Virus record (IMG/VR): IMGVR_UViG_3300027896_005002
Location: 124,001 to 188,000 of that record
Length of the DNA: 64,000 nt
Direction: 5' to 3' (one strand)
Shown here: positions 10,138-20,857 of the stretch, in pieces
Position numbering within the stretch: the stretch's first letter is position 1
Layout: each line of letters begins with the position of its first letter
Position numbers and translations under genes: made by a program
Notes under the pieces: generated by a model
What the model saw: the letters and a program-made list of their open reading frames with translations, nothing else
What the model was told of the DNA's origin: nothing
Databases searched by the model: none

Positions 10138-10908
10138 TCACCTATCAAGAATTGTAGTCTTTGAAATTGTTCCGCCTTGAGGTATTGAAATCAAATAACA
10201 GCCGTATTCTTTGCTATATTGACGGTGTATTTTGATGCCAGTTTTTTCCGAAGCGTATTCAATTGACCTATATGCATATGGAGGAACTGCAATACTTCCA
10301 TACATGGCATTCTTTTCCAAAAAGTCTAAAAGTTTGACGTAAAAATATGTTCCTTTTTTGGGAAGTGGGAAAAGAGTATTCTCAGTAGTGAACCTAGACT
10401 CTGTTCCTTGAACCAATTGATGTTTCCATTCTTTCCAATCGCCACTGATGATCCAATTGCACGGTTTTGGATAACCTTCAATGTGATAGACACAAACATC
10501 AAGACCTGAAAGCGTTTTTACAATTGATCGAGAATAAAAATTGCCCGGTCGATTTTCATCATAACCTTCTAATCGATCCAAGAATTGGAAGTGGTCAACT
10601 TCAAAAACTTCGCCATGTACAAGATAATTGAAAGGATCTTGAAGGGTAATGAAGGGAAATCCTACCGTAAAATTAAACATTCGACCTCGGATTTTATCTT
10701 TACAAATAAATTTGCCATTAGAATTTTCCATTACCTGATAATTACTTAATCCACGTAAAAGAGTCCCATATACAAAGACGAGTTTCTTCATACTTTTATC
10801 TCGATTTTTTTGAAAGATTTTTCGATCATTGGCCTTACAATAACCGCAATTTGTGGCACTTTCTTGTGACCGATGTTTATGACCTTCACGACAAAGATAT
10901 ATTGACAT
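10138..10908 (-). CDS. gamma-glutamylcyclotransferase (GGACT/AIG2-like) with extra N- and C-terminal domains
   Basis: VFVYGTLLRG..NY, VHGEVFEV, LDRLEG, Y.R; C-terminal domain shared with 22006..22425. Confidence 0.85.
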   Translation of the reverse strand: MSIYLCREGHKHRSQESATNCGYCKANDRKIFQKNRDKSMKKLVFVYGTLLRGLSNYQVMENSNGKFICKDKIRGRMFNFTVGFPFITLQDPFNYLVHGEVFEVDHFQFLDRLEGYDENRPGNFYSRSIVKTLSGLDVCVYHIEGYPKPCNWIISGDWKEWKHQLVQGTESRFTTENTLFPLPKKGTYFYVKLLDFLEKNAMYGSIAVPPYAYRSIEYASEKTGIKIHRQYSKEYGCYLISIPQGGTISKTTILDR

Positions 10909-11992
10909 TTTTGATGTCCTCCATCATTTGATTTCGAAGAAATGTTTCCAAAGCTAATGCTGTTGAATGCGATATATGACCAGCTTTTGCAAGATCCCAA
11001 ACACCCATAATTTGAAGAAGATATTTTTTGATACTCATATCTGTTCCAAATAAGATTTGATTGATCTTTTGAAAATTTCCGTAGCTTCTTCTGCTCGCAA
11101 AGCTGGTACAACGCCACCATGAGATTGAAAAGCAGCGATGACATTGTCATTTTTATCTTCAATGTAGCCGTAGTAATGGCCTTGACCGAATTCACTTACC
11201 CTTTGCGTGAGTTTGCAGTAAAAGCCGTCGATTTCCTGAATGAGAGTGTGAAATGTAATTTTTTTGTCGAATATTGTCGCAAGGTCGTCGCTCATAATGT
11301 GGCCGTACTTTCTTTGAACTGTCCGTAAGAGTCGCAAAAATTTTCCCAAACTCCAATGGGCAATTCAATGGTCGTTTTTTCGGAACCTTCGATAGCAATT
11401 GCTTTGACGATGGGCTCGCATAATTTCAGGAAGTTTTCAAATTCCTGTTTCATGCAAGTATAATCTTCAAAGCTGACGTATTTGCCATTGTTTTCTTGCA
11501 TCATGCAAGTTTTTACATCAAATCGTTTTACCATGATTTCCTCAGTTTAATTCATCGGGATTAGCGGTTTGCGATTCTTCGGCCGGCAAATTCGAAATCA
11601 AAGCATCGATTGCCTGTTGCCGTTCCAAAACCATCGCCTGATACGCTTCATAATCGTTTTGCGCCGGATTGGTCACCTTATAATCTTTCGTATAGGTGTG
11701 ACCGGTTTTGCCATCCTCATTGACCCAAATATGAAAGCCGGCAGCATCGGCCTTTTTCGAAAGAACGCGTAGCTTGGAGCATTTTTCCTCGATCTTCGTA
11801 TTGATCTCCGATTGCGTATCTTCATTACCGTCAGCTTCAGCAAATTCCACTTTGTGCTGGCCAATGGCTTTGTTGAGCATCCTATAGGCCTTGATGATTT
11901 GCAGGTTCGGGTCATCCGCGATTCCGCTTTTTGATACGATTTGTTTCGTCGCCATATCTTCTCCTTGTAAATGTGAACTGTGAACTTTTTTT

Positions 11993-12688
11993 TTACTTCG
12001 GATATTTGACCGCCGGTTGATACCTGCAAGCGGTTGTGACTTTTTCTACCGTTTCTTTTTGACCTTCCTCGATTGATTTCCGCATCTGGAAGTAATTGTA
12101 CGAAAAATCTTCCGAGGGTTTCACCGTTTTGACTACATTGAAAAAATCGTTGTATCGATCAGCGAGAAGCGTTTTCAAAGCTTCAACTTTTTCCGGGCGA
12201 AGGGTTGCGGTTTCAACAACCGTAAACATGATCTGGAATTTTTCCTTGAAGATTTTCTTCAAAGGTTCTTCCATTGCGATATCCATCGCGGAATATGATT
12301 CGCGGAATTGAATCTGCATCTGGGGTGGTTTGTAATTTTCTTCATCATCTTTGTCGGCACCTTTGATGTAAACCGTTTTGTAAAACATATCATCGTTGAA
12401 AGCTTTTTCTTTTGCTTTTGCGGCCTCTTTTTTCAGAACATCTTCGAGCTCCACTAATTCCGTTTGCAAGTTTTCGATGTTCCGGGAAATTTCGATGCAC
12501 TGATCAACGACGACTGTATAGGGTTTTTTTCCTTTATGATCTTCGGTTACCAAAGTGCAATCATCATCGAGAATGGGACTTTCAATAATAAGTTTATCCT
12601 TATTGCGGTCGTTCTGGTTCTTTTTGCTACCAGCCAACTTAATGGCAGGCAAATCTTCAATTACGACCGGTGCTGCTTTTTTCTTCAT
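11993..12688 (-). CDS. hypothetical protein, first gene behind a bipartite motif
   Basis: 231-aa ORF, SD AAGGAG. Confidence 0.6.
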   Translation of the reverse strand: MKKKAAPVVIEDLPAIKLAGSKKNQNDRNKDKLIIESPILDDDCTLVTEDHKGKKPYTVVVDQCIEISRNIENLQTELVELEDVLKKEAAKAKEKAFNDDMFYKTVYIKGADKDDEENYKPPQMQIQFRESYSAMDIAMEEPLKKIFKEKFQIMFTVVETATLRPEKVEALKTLLADRYNDFFNVVKTVKPSEDFSYNYFQMRKSIEEGQKETVEKVTTACRYQPAVKYPK

Positions 12689-12717
12689 ATATTCTCCTTT
12701 AAAAAAGTGATTTCCTT

Positions 12718-12768
12718 TTCCTATTTATATAATCAGTCATTTTTCACAAACCGCGTTCCAAAAGTGGC
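12718..12768 (-). promoter_or_regulatory. bipartite motif GCCAC box + TGATTATA box
   Basis: GCCACTTTTGGAACGCG...CTGATTATATAAATAGGA, 33-nt spacing. Confidence 0.75.
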
Positions 12769-12896
12769 TGTCGACCTAACTATTTAGTTATCCATGTTTT
12801 AGAAGAATCTGAATGGTTGTATATAGAACATAAATAAAAGTCGATGATAAAATGACACCAAAGATGAATTTGTATAATTTTCTCATATTGCTCTCC

Positions 12897-13496
12897 TCAA
12901 GCGTTGTTTACTTTTAAGAATGCACGACAATTTGGACATCGAAATAACCAATATTCTATTGATGTGGGATCGTTTTCGTCTTTTATTTTAACAGTTATCA
13001 AATCTTTTTTTGCATATTTTCTACCACAAGCCGGACATTCATCTCTTTTTATTTGTAAATTTCCTCTATTTGTTTCCCATACTTGTCCAGGTTTGCTGTT
13101 TGATTGTATCTTTCTCCAAACTTTACCAGATGCCCAGTCATGCTGTGATTGTTGATATCGTTCAAACCGTTGTCGAGCTTGTTTTTCAACTCGATAAATC
13201 GCATTGAGTAAATTTGATCGCCAACCATTTACTCTGAGAACCTTTATAGTCCTTATCCAACCAATTCTATCTGTGATATTTACCGCGCATATGCGAATTG
13301 CATCCTGACCTTTTCCGCGACCGTTACCATTTTGTTTTGAAATTGATGAATATACTTTTATAATAATTTTTGGATTCTCAATCAAGATTTTTTCATATAC
13401 ATATTCTCTGGTGGTTGAAGGTCCAGTAGCTTCTTCAAAAAAAAGATTTGCCATTACAACATTCATCTCGTTGAGAGTTATTACCGTATAATGCAT
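12897..13496 (-). CDS. hypothetical protein with C-terminal zinc ribbon
   Basis: CPACG...CPNC. Confidence 0.55.
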   Translation of the reverse strand: MHYTVITLNEMNVVMANLFFEEATGPSTTREYVYEKILIENPKIIIKVYSSISKQNGNGRGKGQDAIRICAVNITDRIGWIRTIKVLRVNGWRSNLLNAIYRVEKQARQRFERYQQSQHDWASGKVWRKIQSNSKPGQVWETNRGNLQIKRDECPACGRKYAKKDLITVKIKDENDPTSIEYWLFRCPNCRAFLKVNNA

Positions 13497-13767
13497 ATTT
13501 TCTCCTTATCGTCTTTTTGGTCTTTTGGAATTGTAACAAAGGAGTGCAGTAAATTACATCTTTTGTTTGCTTCATAATACGAGCGTGATCAACCAACATA
13601 TCAAATAGTTGGTAGCGACTTTCAGCAGATTTTGTTGTTTGAGAATAATTTCTATAAAATTTATCTGGAAAGGGATCATAAAGTACTTCAACTTTAACAG
13701 AAAATCTTTTTGTTTTAAAAGCTACTTCCGGAATTTTTGCCGTCAATTTAATTTTTTTCATTGTTTT

Positions 13768-13897
13768 TCTCCTATTATATATGATCATGTCACTACGTGT
13801 TGTGCGTTCCAAATGTGGCTGTAGAAAAAAACAAATCTACGACTGCCATTTTTGGACCGCAATTAGTGGATTGATATGATTATATAAAATAGGAGAA
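13768..13897. promoter_or_regulatory. back-to-back divergent pair of bipartite motifs
   Basis: Minus GCCACATTTGGAACGC (13819) and plus GCCATTTTTGGACCGC (13845), each followed 32 nt later by TGAT(T/C)ATAT and AGGAG. Confidence 0.8.
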
Positions 13898-13924
13898 TGA
13901 AAACAATAAAAAAGGAATGATTAT

Positions 13925-15121
13925 ATGATAACAATCGGATGTGACCCAGAGTTCCTAGTACTCGGGCCCGATAACATGGTTAAAGGCTTCAACATCGGTC
14001 ACAGTTGTCCCGCTGGAAATATTGGCACCGATCATGGTGGATCGGTTGGAGAATTAAGGCCAATGTATGGAACGCCCCGTCAGGTAACCGAAAATATTCG
14101 GGAACTTTTTCGAATCATTCACACCAAAACTCCTCGCGATAAAATTGCTGCCGGTGGCGGTGAAAAATACGGTCATTCAATCGGTGGTCATATTCACTTT
14201 GGTGGAGTACAATTGGATCATACTTACGAATCTTGCACACGACAAAGAAATCGCGGACGAGTGAGACCCTTAACACTTGATCGTTCCAGGACAGTTCACA
14301 AATTAGTTTATATGCTCGATTATTATCTCGGTCGTCGGTTGAAAAAAATTGACGGCGGACAACGACCAAAATCAGCAAATTACGGTCGTTTATCTGACAT
14401 CGAATCAAAAGGAACGGATCGATTCGAATATCGCACACCACCATCGTGGTTATCCGATCCGCAATTGACGGAATCCACTTTGGCAATTTCATATCGGATC
14501 GCGGAAATGTGGAAAGAAAATCCGCGATGTTTCGATGAAATCATCAACCGAAACAAAAGCATCGCCCGAAAAAAAGAATATGGAGTTTTAATTCCCAATT
14601 CTGGTGATCAAAGAAATTACTACTCTGAACAAGTTGCAGCTTTTAAGCGAATAGCTTTTTCGAAAACATACCGAATGGACAATGCCAATTGTTTGGACAC
14701 ATGGTTATCCGGTTCTCAAATCGCACAAATTGTCGATCGAATGTCGAAGAAGATTGCGTTGCAAATTTGCCAGATGAAATTGATAACAAATCAGGACGGC
14801 ATAGAATCAGAATCAGTCGTAAAAGTTTTGCGGTTTGCGGTACCTGAAGTAAAAATCATAGCACAGAGATTTAATTATCATCATGCTTTCCGGTCCCGAA
14901 TTAAGGATGACACAATTTACATCAGCAAAAATTTGAGACCGTATCTTAAGGTAAAACGCGGGCATCACTTCCGAGTAAAATTTGCCCAATTTGACAACAA
15001 CACTGTGGTTTATAAAACCGGCAACAGCAACATTTTGAATGAAGTAATAACAATTTTCGAAACCGGTGCAAGGAAAAAGCTTCGCAAAGCTGATGCAAAT
15101 TTGATACCGGCTCAGTCATAA
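13925..15121 (+). CDS. phiEco32-like COOH-NH2 ligase type 2 (amidoligase)
   Basis: TIGCDPEF, GELRP, GGHIHFG, YG...D, FEYRTPPSW. Confidence 0.85.
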   Translation: MITIGCDPEFLVLGPDNMVKGFNIGHSCPAGNIGTDHGGSVGELRPMYGTPRQVTENIRELFRIIHTKTPRDKIAAGGGEKYGHSIGGHIHFGGVQLDHTYESCTRQRNRGRVRPLTLDRSRTVHKLVYMLDYYLGRRLKKIDGGQRPKSANYGRLSDIESKGTDRFEYRTPPSWLSDPQLTESTLAISYRIAEMWKENPRCFDEIINRNKSIARKKEYGVLIPNSGDQRNYYSEQVAAFKRIAFSKTYRMDNANCLDTWLSGSQIAQIVDRMSKKIALQICQMKLITNQDGIESESVVKVLRFAVPEVKIIAQRFNYHHAFRSRIKDDTIYISKNLRPYLKVKRGHHFRVKFAQFDNNTVVYKTGNSNILNEVITIFETGARKKLRKADANLIPAQS

Positions 15122-15192
15122 AAAAATGAAGAAATCTGGCCAAACTGTAAAAAACTGTTGATTATAAACATATACAAAAAGAGGAGGATCAC

Positions 15193-15615
15193 ATGGCACA
15201 AGAAGTAATGCTTCAATTCGGAAATGATGATGAAGGCCTAAACTTGACCGGCACCGTCAATTTCCCAAATACGATTAACCTTCAAGGTCTCTCGGTCCTT
15301 TCAATCAAAGGTCTCGGGGAATGGCGTCATGCACCGGCCAATATCGTTCATATCAACGAACGAACGATTGAAACCTTCGGCATGAAGGAAAAGTCGAAGA
15401 ATCTTTCGAAGGTTGGTCTCAATTGGATCGGAATCAAGGCCAACAGCGACATCCTTTTGGCGCATTCGCTGCGTCACGGTCGGACCGGAACGAAAAAGGT
15501 GCAGGATTTATTGACGAAGTTTTTCAAGGCCATCGGCGCTTCTTCCGTCAAATTCAGTATCCTGGACACCGAAAAAGAAATGGCCCAACAGGCGGTACAC
15601 GACGATAATCAGTAA
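15193..15615 (+). CDS. hypothetical protein
   Basis: 140-aa ORF, SD GAGGAGG. Confidence 0.6.
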   Translation: MAQEVMLQFGNDDEGLNLTGTVNFPNTINLQGLSVLSIKGLGEWRHAPANIVHINERTIETFGMKEKSKNLSKVGLNWIGIKANSDILLAHSLRHGRTGTKKVQDLLTKFFKAIGASSVKFSILDTEKEMAQQAVHDDNQ

Positions 15616-15624
15616 TTCAGAAAC

Positions 15625-15652
15625 GGCCGTCCTAAATGGCGCCTGGACGGCC
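15625..15652 (+). terminator. GC-rich hairpin
   Basis: GGCCGTCC/GGACGGCC stem just after the 15615 stop; weak U-tract. Confidence 0.45.
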
Positions 15653-15705
15653 AATTCAATTGAACGGAATTTCCTTAACCAATAACAACCTTCAAAGGAG
15701 GGAAT

Positions 15706-16029
15706 ATGGCGACAAAAAAACTTAAGTCGCTTAAGATCGAACGCAAAAAGAAAAAGGCCAAAAAGCAGGCAAAAATTCGCTTGACCATCAAGGTCGCGAA
15801 AGTCGATCGCACGGCACGGAAAATCAAAGCCTTTGCGAAGAAATCCCTGAAATCAGCCATCAAGGGCCTCAAAGGCGCCAAGGTCAAAAAAATACCCGAA
15901 CGCCTTTACCGGAAAATCGATGCCGCAATCGCCGGCAGCGCCGATCTCAAAACAATCGTCGACGAAGCCGTCGTCAAAATGGTCAATGACAACCTTCTTC
16001 CCAAAAAGAAAGAAAAAGCGGAAGCATAA
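15706..16029 (+). CDS. histone H1-like Lys/Ala-rich basic protein
   Basis: Very basic K/A-rich N-terminal two-thirds. Confidence 0.55.
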   Translation: MATKKLKSLKIERKKKKAKKQAKIRLTIKVAKVDRTARKIKAFAKKSLKSAIKGLKGAKVKKIPERLYRKIDAAIAGSADLKTIVDEAVVKMVNDNLLPKKKEKAEA

Positions 16030-16035
16030 ACCGTC

Positions 16036-16191
16036 ATGGCCACTAAAAGAAAAAAGAAGGACACAAAATTGATTCCTTGTCCCGAATGGAATGAGGATTC
16101 AAAATGTGTCCTTCCTTCTTGGGAAAGCAAAAAGTGTGGAAAGAACTACTGCAAAATATTACCACATGTTGAAAACAAAAATATAATATGA
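16036..16191 (+). CDS. 51-aa Cys-containing small ORF (not in track)
   Basis: MATKRKKKDTKLIPCPEW...CVLP...CGKNYC. Confidence 0.45.
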   Translation: MATKRKKKDTKLIPCPEWNEDSKCVLPSWESKKCGKNYCKILPHVENKNII

Positions 16192-16210
16192 TAAAATATT
16201 ATAAGAACTA

Positions 16211-16391
16211 TCCGGCGTAGAAAGGTCGACGTAACTGTCCCTTCAAAACTAACGGAGCTTATTAAGCATTGAAGTTAGCTACGCACTTGGTAATTGAAGA
16301 AACATCAATTACATTCACTTACTAGAAAACTTAAATTGATTTTGAAGAACTGATTGAGACTGAGAATGCATGCTCGGTCTCAATTTTTTTT
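16211..16391 (+). ncRNA. candidate structured ncRNA ending in an intrinsic terminator
   Basis: Nested helices CTTCAAAA/TTTTGAAG, CTAAC/GTTAG, GCTT/AAGC, GTAATTGA/TCAATTAC; terminator stem 16354-16383 plus T-tract. Confidence 0.4.
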
Positions 16392-16410
16392 GAAATGATG
16401 ACAACCACTT

Positions 16411-17466
16411 TTAGCGACCAGTTTTGTCAAGATAAATTGGGTCTCTCTGTTTCAAGAATAATCTGCCAAAACCAACAATATATCTTTCTATCATTGGCTT
16501 TATCACTATTCCCTCTCTCAATTTATCAATCATAAAACTTTGACTATGAGAAGCTTCAGGCAATGTCCGTCCATTCAACCAATCCTTTAATGAAATATAC
16601 GTCGAAATTATAGGCACCCATATTGCTCTCAAACCTGTTCGATCTAATATAGGTTGAAGTTCATTATAACCCAAAGGCCGACCATTTATATCTATATCAA
16701 ACAACCTTGTCGTAAACTTCTTTAAATTATAATGATTACCTTGCACTCCAGGCCCTATAAACTCACTCCTTATAGTCACTGCACAATTTGGATAAAATTC
16801 TGATTGTATTATTTGAGCGGCTACTATTAATCCTTCATTTTTTGCTACTTGCCAAAAAGAATGATCTTCATGATCTGGCAAATTAACTATTCCATGACCA
16901 TGTGTACAAACACTTATTGTCTCATCTATACCAACAAAAGTAGCCATATTGCTACCTTCAATCTTCTCTGTTATCCACACTAATTCATTCATCAATATGT
17001 CAACAATATCAATATGAGTCTCACAATTCTCAATATCATAATTATAAACCATCTCAGGTCTCTGAATCAAATTACCTGTACTTGTAATTATCTCTGGCGC
17101 TTCATATTTAGTAACTCCTATAGCTGCTGTCAAATCAGTTGGTAAAGTATCAGTTTTTAAATATGTTTTTACACTATCTATGGATGTAACTAGTCCTTGA
17201 CTTATTTCACCACGTAAGCGAACAGTTTTGATTCTATTTTGATCTTTTCCAGACAAAAAATTCTTGATATTTTGTTGTTGGATAAAACCTTCAGGTAATA
17301 AAGAATCTATAGGGAAATATATTATTTCGTCACCAGTTTTATATAGACCTTTGGGTATTACAAATTGATATGTCATATCCTCGACTTGACCTAATTCAAG
17401 TTTATCTGCATTTGGATGAGGATACACTTTCGACAATTTCTTTCTTTCAACAGCAAAGGTACTCAT
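16411..17466 (-). CDS. RNA ligase, DRB0094/Rnl5 family
   Basis: N-terminal OB with HPNADKLEL and RIKTVRLRGEISQGL; ITEKIEGSN; SEFIGPGVQGN.Y; FDI; REGIVIKP. Confidence 0.9.
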   Translation of the reverse strand: MSTFAVERKKLSKVYPHPNADKLELGQVEDMTYQFVIPKGLYKTGDEIIYFPIDSLLPEGFIQQQNIKNFLSGKDQNRIKTVRLRGEISQGLVTSIDSVKTYLKTDTLPTDLTAAIGVTKYEAPEIITSTGNLIQRPEMVYNYDIENCETHIDIVDILMNELVWITEKIEGSNMATFVGIDETISVCTHGHGIVNLPDHEDHSFWQVAKNEGLIVAAQIIQSEFYPNCAVTIRSEFIGPGVQGNHYNLKKFTTRLFDIDINGRPLGYNELQPILDRTGLRAIWVPIISTYISLKDWLNGRTLPEASHSQSFMIDKLREGIVIKPMIERYIVGFGRLFLKQRDPIYLDKTGR

Positions 17467-17620
17467 TTTGATTCCTTTAGATAGATATGTGTTTCTCCCT
17501 CCGGAACTTGATTTATTTTATGCGTCAACCAACAATTAATTTACGTCGAAGATTTTTATTTTTTCTACGCGCCTAAAAGTGGCAGTTTGAACTCGAAAGT
17601 ATTTCTCCCCCTATATAATA

Positions 17621-17662
17621 TAAGGGACTCATCTTCAATTTCTTGAGAAGACAAGTCCCTTA
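17621..17662. terminator. long hairpin between RNA ligase upstream region and 17681 ORF
   Basis: TAAGGGACT/AGTCCCTTA outer stem with inner TCTTCAA/TTGAGAAGA pairing. Confidence 0.5.
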
Positions 17663-18127
17663 ATAAATAGGAGGAGGAAATTATTTAAAAATATCTGTAG
17701 TGTCTATAACATGAACTCCCGTAGAATCAAATTGAAATTGAGGTTTAGGTGTCACTGGTTTTGGAAGTGGCACAAGAAGTATCTGAATTTTGTCGAGATT
17801 TCTTTCAATTTTTTTCACAGAAACACTAATATTCAAAAGAGTAACTGTAATAATACAAAGTAAAATGACGATAATAACTTTCATATAATCCCTTTGGTTA
17901 AATCAGTTTCATAACGGAAATGAAAGGCAATTTCACGTGCATCTTTTGGAGACAAGCCTTTTGCTAATACCCACCCAAAAGCCAGAGAATACCAAATCTT
18001 GCTCTCGTGGTACTTCAATCGCAGTAGCTTTATCGGATACTTCTTGCTTAAAAGTTGTCTTTAAATCTTTGAGAAGAATTGTTCCGCTAGGAATAGTATA
18101 TTTTGAATGAGCACCGGCGAACTTCAT

Positions 18128-19087
18128 TTAATTATTTCCCTTTTTGTAAGTGATCTGTTTTGTGCCATTACTTCCGATTCGGACTATTTTCGGTGAATTA
18201 GGATCCTTAGGATTTGATCCACATCCTCGAACTATCGTCGGCTTTGACTCTCTTGAAAAAGATGTAATGCCTATCGGCCGATTTGCTTGTGTCACTTTCC
18301 GATAATTATGATCGTATTGACTTGAGGATAAGGGAGAATCATCGCTTTCATCGGAGGTATAAGTTATTGTCGCAGCTTTTTTCTTCTTCTCCTCTATAAC
18401 TCCCTTCCTCGAGAACTTATTTTTCACCACATCAAATTCCAGAAGTTCCCTTTCATAAAGGGTCGCAAAACTGATATTCGGGAATATTCCCATTTCATTT
18501 TTCACTCCCAACGTCTTCAACATGATTTTCTTTGTGGAAGCAAAAAATATTATCCCATGATACATTGCCATACATAACGGTTTCCCACCATCGGTATAAA
18601 AATACATTTTCTTCTGGGATTTCGAATACATCACCAAAGCTGCTGACCCTTCAATTGATGCTATTGCATTTTTGAGTGACGTTCTTTCCGTATAAGCGAG
18701 AATCGATTCTGAGTCGACATCACTTGTATATGGGTAATTTGCCAACTTATCTAAATGGACCGTTCCATTATGCACCAACACCCAATTTTTTGATTCAAAT
18801 GGATGTGCATTTCGATTTTCTTTGATTGTTGCAAGACTAGATGAAGCATATCGGCAATGGCCGATTACAAATCGTTCATTGCCAATTGTCGGACTGACGA
18901 AATGTTCATTGACAAAATCTTTGGCACAAATGGAAGCTTTTATAATTCCAGTTCCGAGGGAATAATATCCGGTAGCATGCTCTCCGCGTTCTTGGGTATT
19001 TATCAAACCCTTAACAAAAAGGGAGTTCAAATCAAGATCAGTTGTCGTTTCTTTTGTTGGTTTAATCCATCCAAATATTCCACACAT
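18128..19087 (-). CDS. class II glutamine amidotransferase (Ntn)
   Basis: MCGIFG with N-terminal Cys2, GHCRYAS, NAHPF, HNG, DVDSE. Confidence 0.9.
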   Translation of the reverse strand: MCGIFGWIKPTKETTTDLDLNSLFVKGLINTQERGEHATGYYSLGTGIIKASICAKDFVNEHFVSPTIGNERFVIGHCRYASSSLATIKENRNAHPFESKNWVLVHNGTVHLDKLANYPYTSDVDSESILAYTERTSLKNAIASIEGSAALVMYSKSQKKMYFYTDGGKPLCMAMYHGIIFFASTKKIMLKTLGVKNEMGIFPNISFATLYERELLEFDVVKNKFSRKGVIEEKKKKAATITYTSDESDDSPLSSSQYDHNYRKVTQANRPIGITSFSRESKPTIVRGCGSNPKDPNSPKIVRIGSNGTKQITYKKGNN

Positions 19088-19942
19088 CGTTTTTGTCTCC
19101 TTGTTAATATAATCAACAGTTTTTTCAATGACCGTTTCGTCTTTTTTGAAAATCTTCGACCCTTTGACTAACTCTACGAACTGACGCTTTTTGTTCGTCG
19201 CTTAAATGTTCGTAGCTACGACCGTAATGTTTCCTTGCTAATTCCTCATATTTTTCATTCATGATTTTCCTCACAATCTTCGCAGTTTTTTTCCGAATGT
19301 GGACATTCTTCTTTTCCGCAAACATTTGATTCTTCTTCATCATTTATTTGCAGTTTGAGTTTTTCCACTACATCAAAAAGATTCGGTCCCATTGAAACAA
19401 ATTCATTAGTAACTTGTTTGCCGTAAGCTTTCCATTGTTCATAAAGATGTGGATCAAGTCTGCGAAGAGCACTGCTAAGATCATTCATTGCTGACTCAAT
19501 GGTGTTTGCCAAAGACTGAATTTCATCAAAATCTTCTTGAATAAGACTCATAAATTTATCTCCTAAGCCGCATCAATGATTTGTAGATTTTTTGCGAATT
19601 GTTCTCGTTCAATCCTCCAACGTTCGTTTGCCGCAGTTACCTTAGTCTCATATTCTGATTTCAATTGGTTCAGACAATTATCATGATTTATGTCTGGATT
19701 GCCGATCCTCTCGTTTTGTTTGAGAGCAAAATAAACGGCATCGGCGTAAGCGGAATAACCAGGAGCTCCAGCATTTGATCGGGAAAGTTTACTAACTCTT
19801 TCCTTGACAATAACAATCCTGGCTTTCGGATATTTAACTCTTTCAGCCTTAATTTCTGCAAGAACGCTGTCTTTATCATAAGTCTTATAAAGTCCTGTAA
19901 AATGTAATCCTTGACTTAAGGCTTCTTCATTTTTCATATTTT

Positions 19943-20090
19943 CCTCCTATTTATATAATCATGAATTCTCGTTATTGCGCGTCCAAATGTGGCTGTCTCA
20001 ACCTATCCACAAACCTAACCATTTTTCACGTAGATTACTACCACATTTTGACCCGCGTTCACGGAATATGATGATTATATTAATAGGAAA
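19943..20090. promoter_or_regulatory. back-to-back divergent pair of bipartite motifs
   Basis: Minus GCCACATTTGGACGCG (19993) and plus ACCACATTTTGACCCGCG (20040), each with TGATTATA 32 nt downstream. Confidence 0.8.
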
Positions 20091-20857
20091 AGGAGGATTT
20101 ATGATTTATATGGGTGATGATTATAGCCGCAAAGATGATTGGTCAACGGTCCCTGAAAAAGTCCTGGAAGAATCCAAAAAATTGACCAATGAAAACACCG
20201 ATAAAGAAGCTCTTACGGTCAATGATGACATTATGATCACCAATGGCGAAGCTCTGGAAGAAGCCGCAAACGAGGAAATGATGATGTCAATGTACGAAAA
20301 CGGAAATCTACAACCCGAGGATTTATAATTCATGGAAACCATCGTTATCGATCTTATCAACTTCATTGAAAAATATTTCGGTGGTCGAGTTACTGATTGC
20401 GGCGGCGAATTCGTTGACAAAGAATGTGAATTTAGCTGTAAACAATATCATCAATGCAAACGAAATTATAACATGGCGGACGAACTTGAAGCTCTCAAAA
20501 AACGTGCACTTAAAAGGAGGAATATATGATCGGTAACAGCCCATTCGGTCAAATGGAAAAAGAAGCAGATCTTGACACAGCCCGGAGAATCATGGAAATT
20601 GCCGGAGCTGCCACAAACGAAGAAGCTGTGGCAAATGCCGGCGGCGAATTAACATTCTACCAACTTCAATACAAACTCGAGAAAGAAGGCCGAATTTCCA
20701 TACGACCGATAATACCTACAGAAATATGTATCATTGATTCACTTGACCTCCTTCTCGAAGAAAGAGATGTCAAACTTGCTCTAAAAATCCTCCATGAAGT
20801 TCGTGAAACTTTCTCTCGATACGATGAATACATGGAACTTGTCGGAGTCCTCGTCAA

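Noticed and set aside
16211-16240. tmRNA 5' end (GGCGTAGAAAGGTCGACG resembles GGGG..GG.TTCGAC)
   Set aside because: No T-arm/CCA acceptor half upstream or downstream and no tag-like ORF
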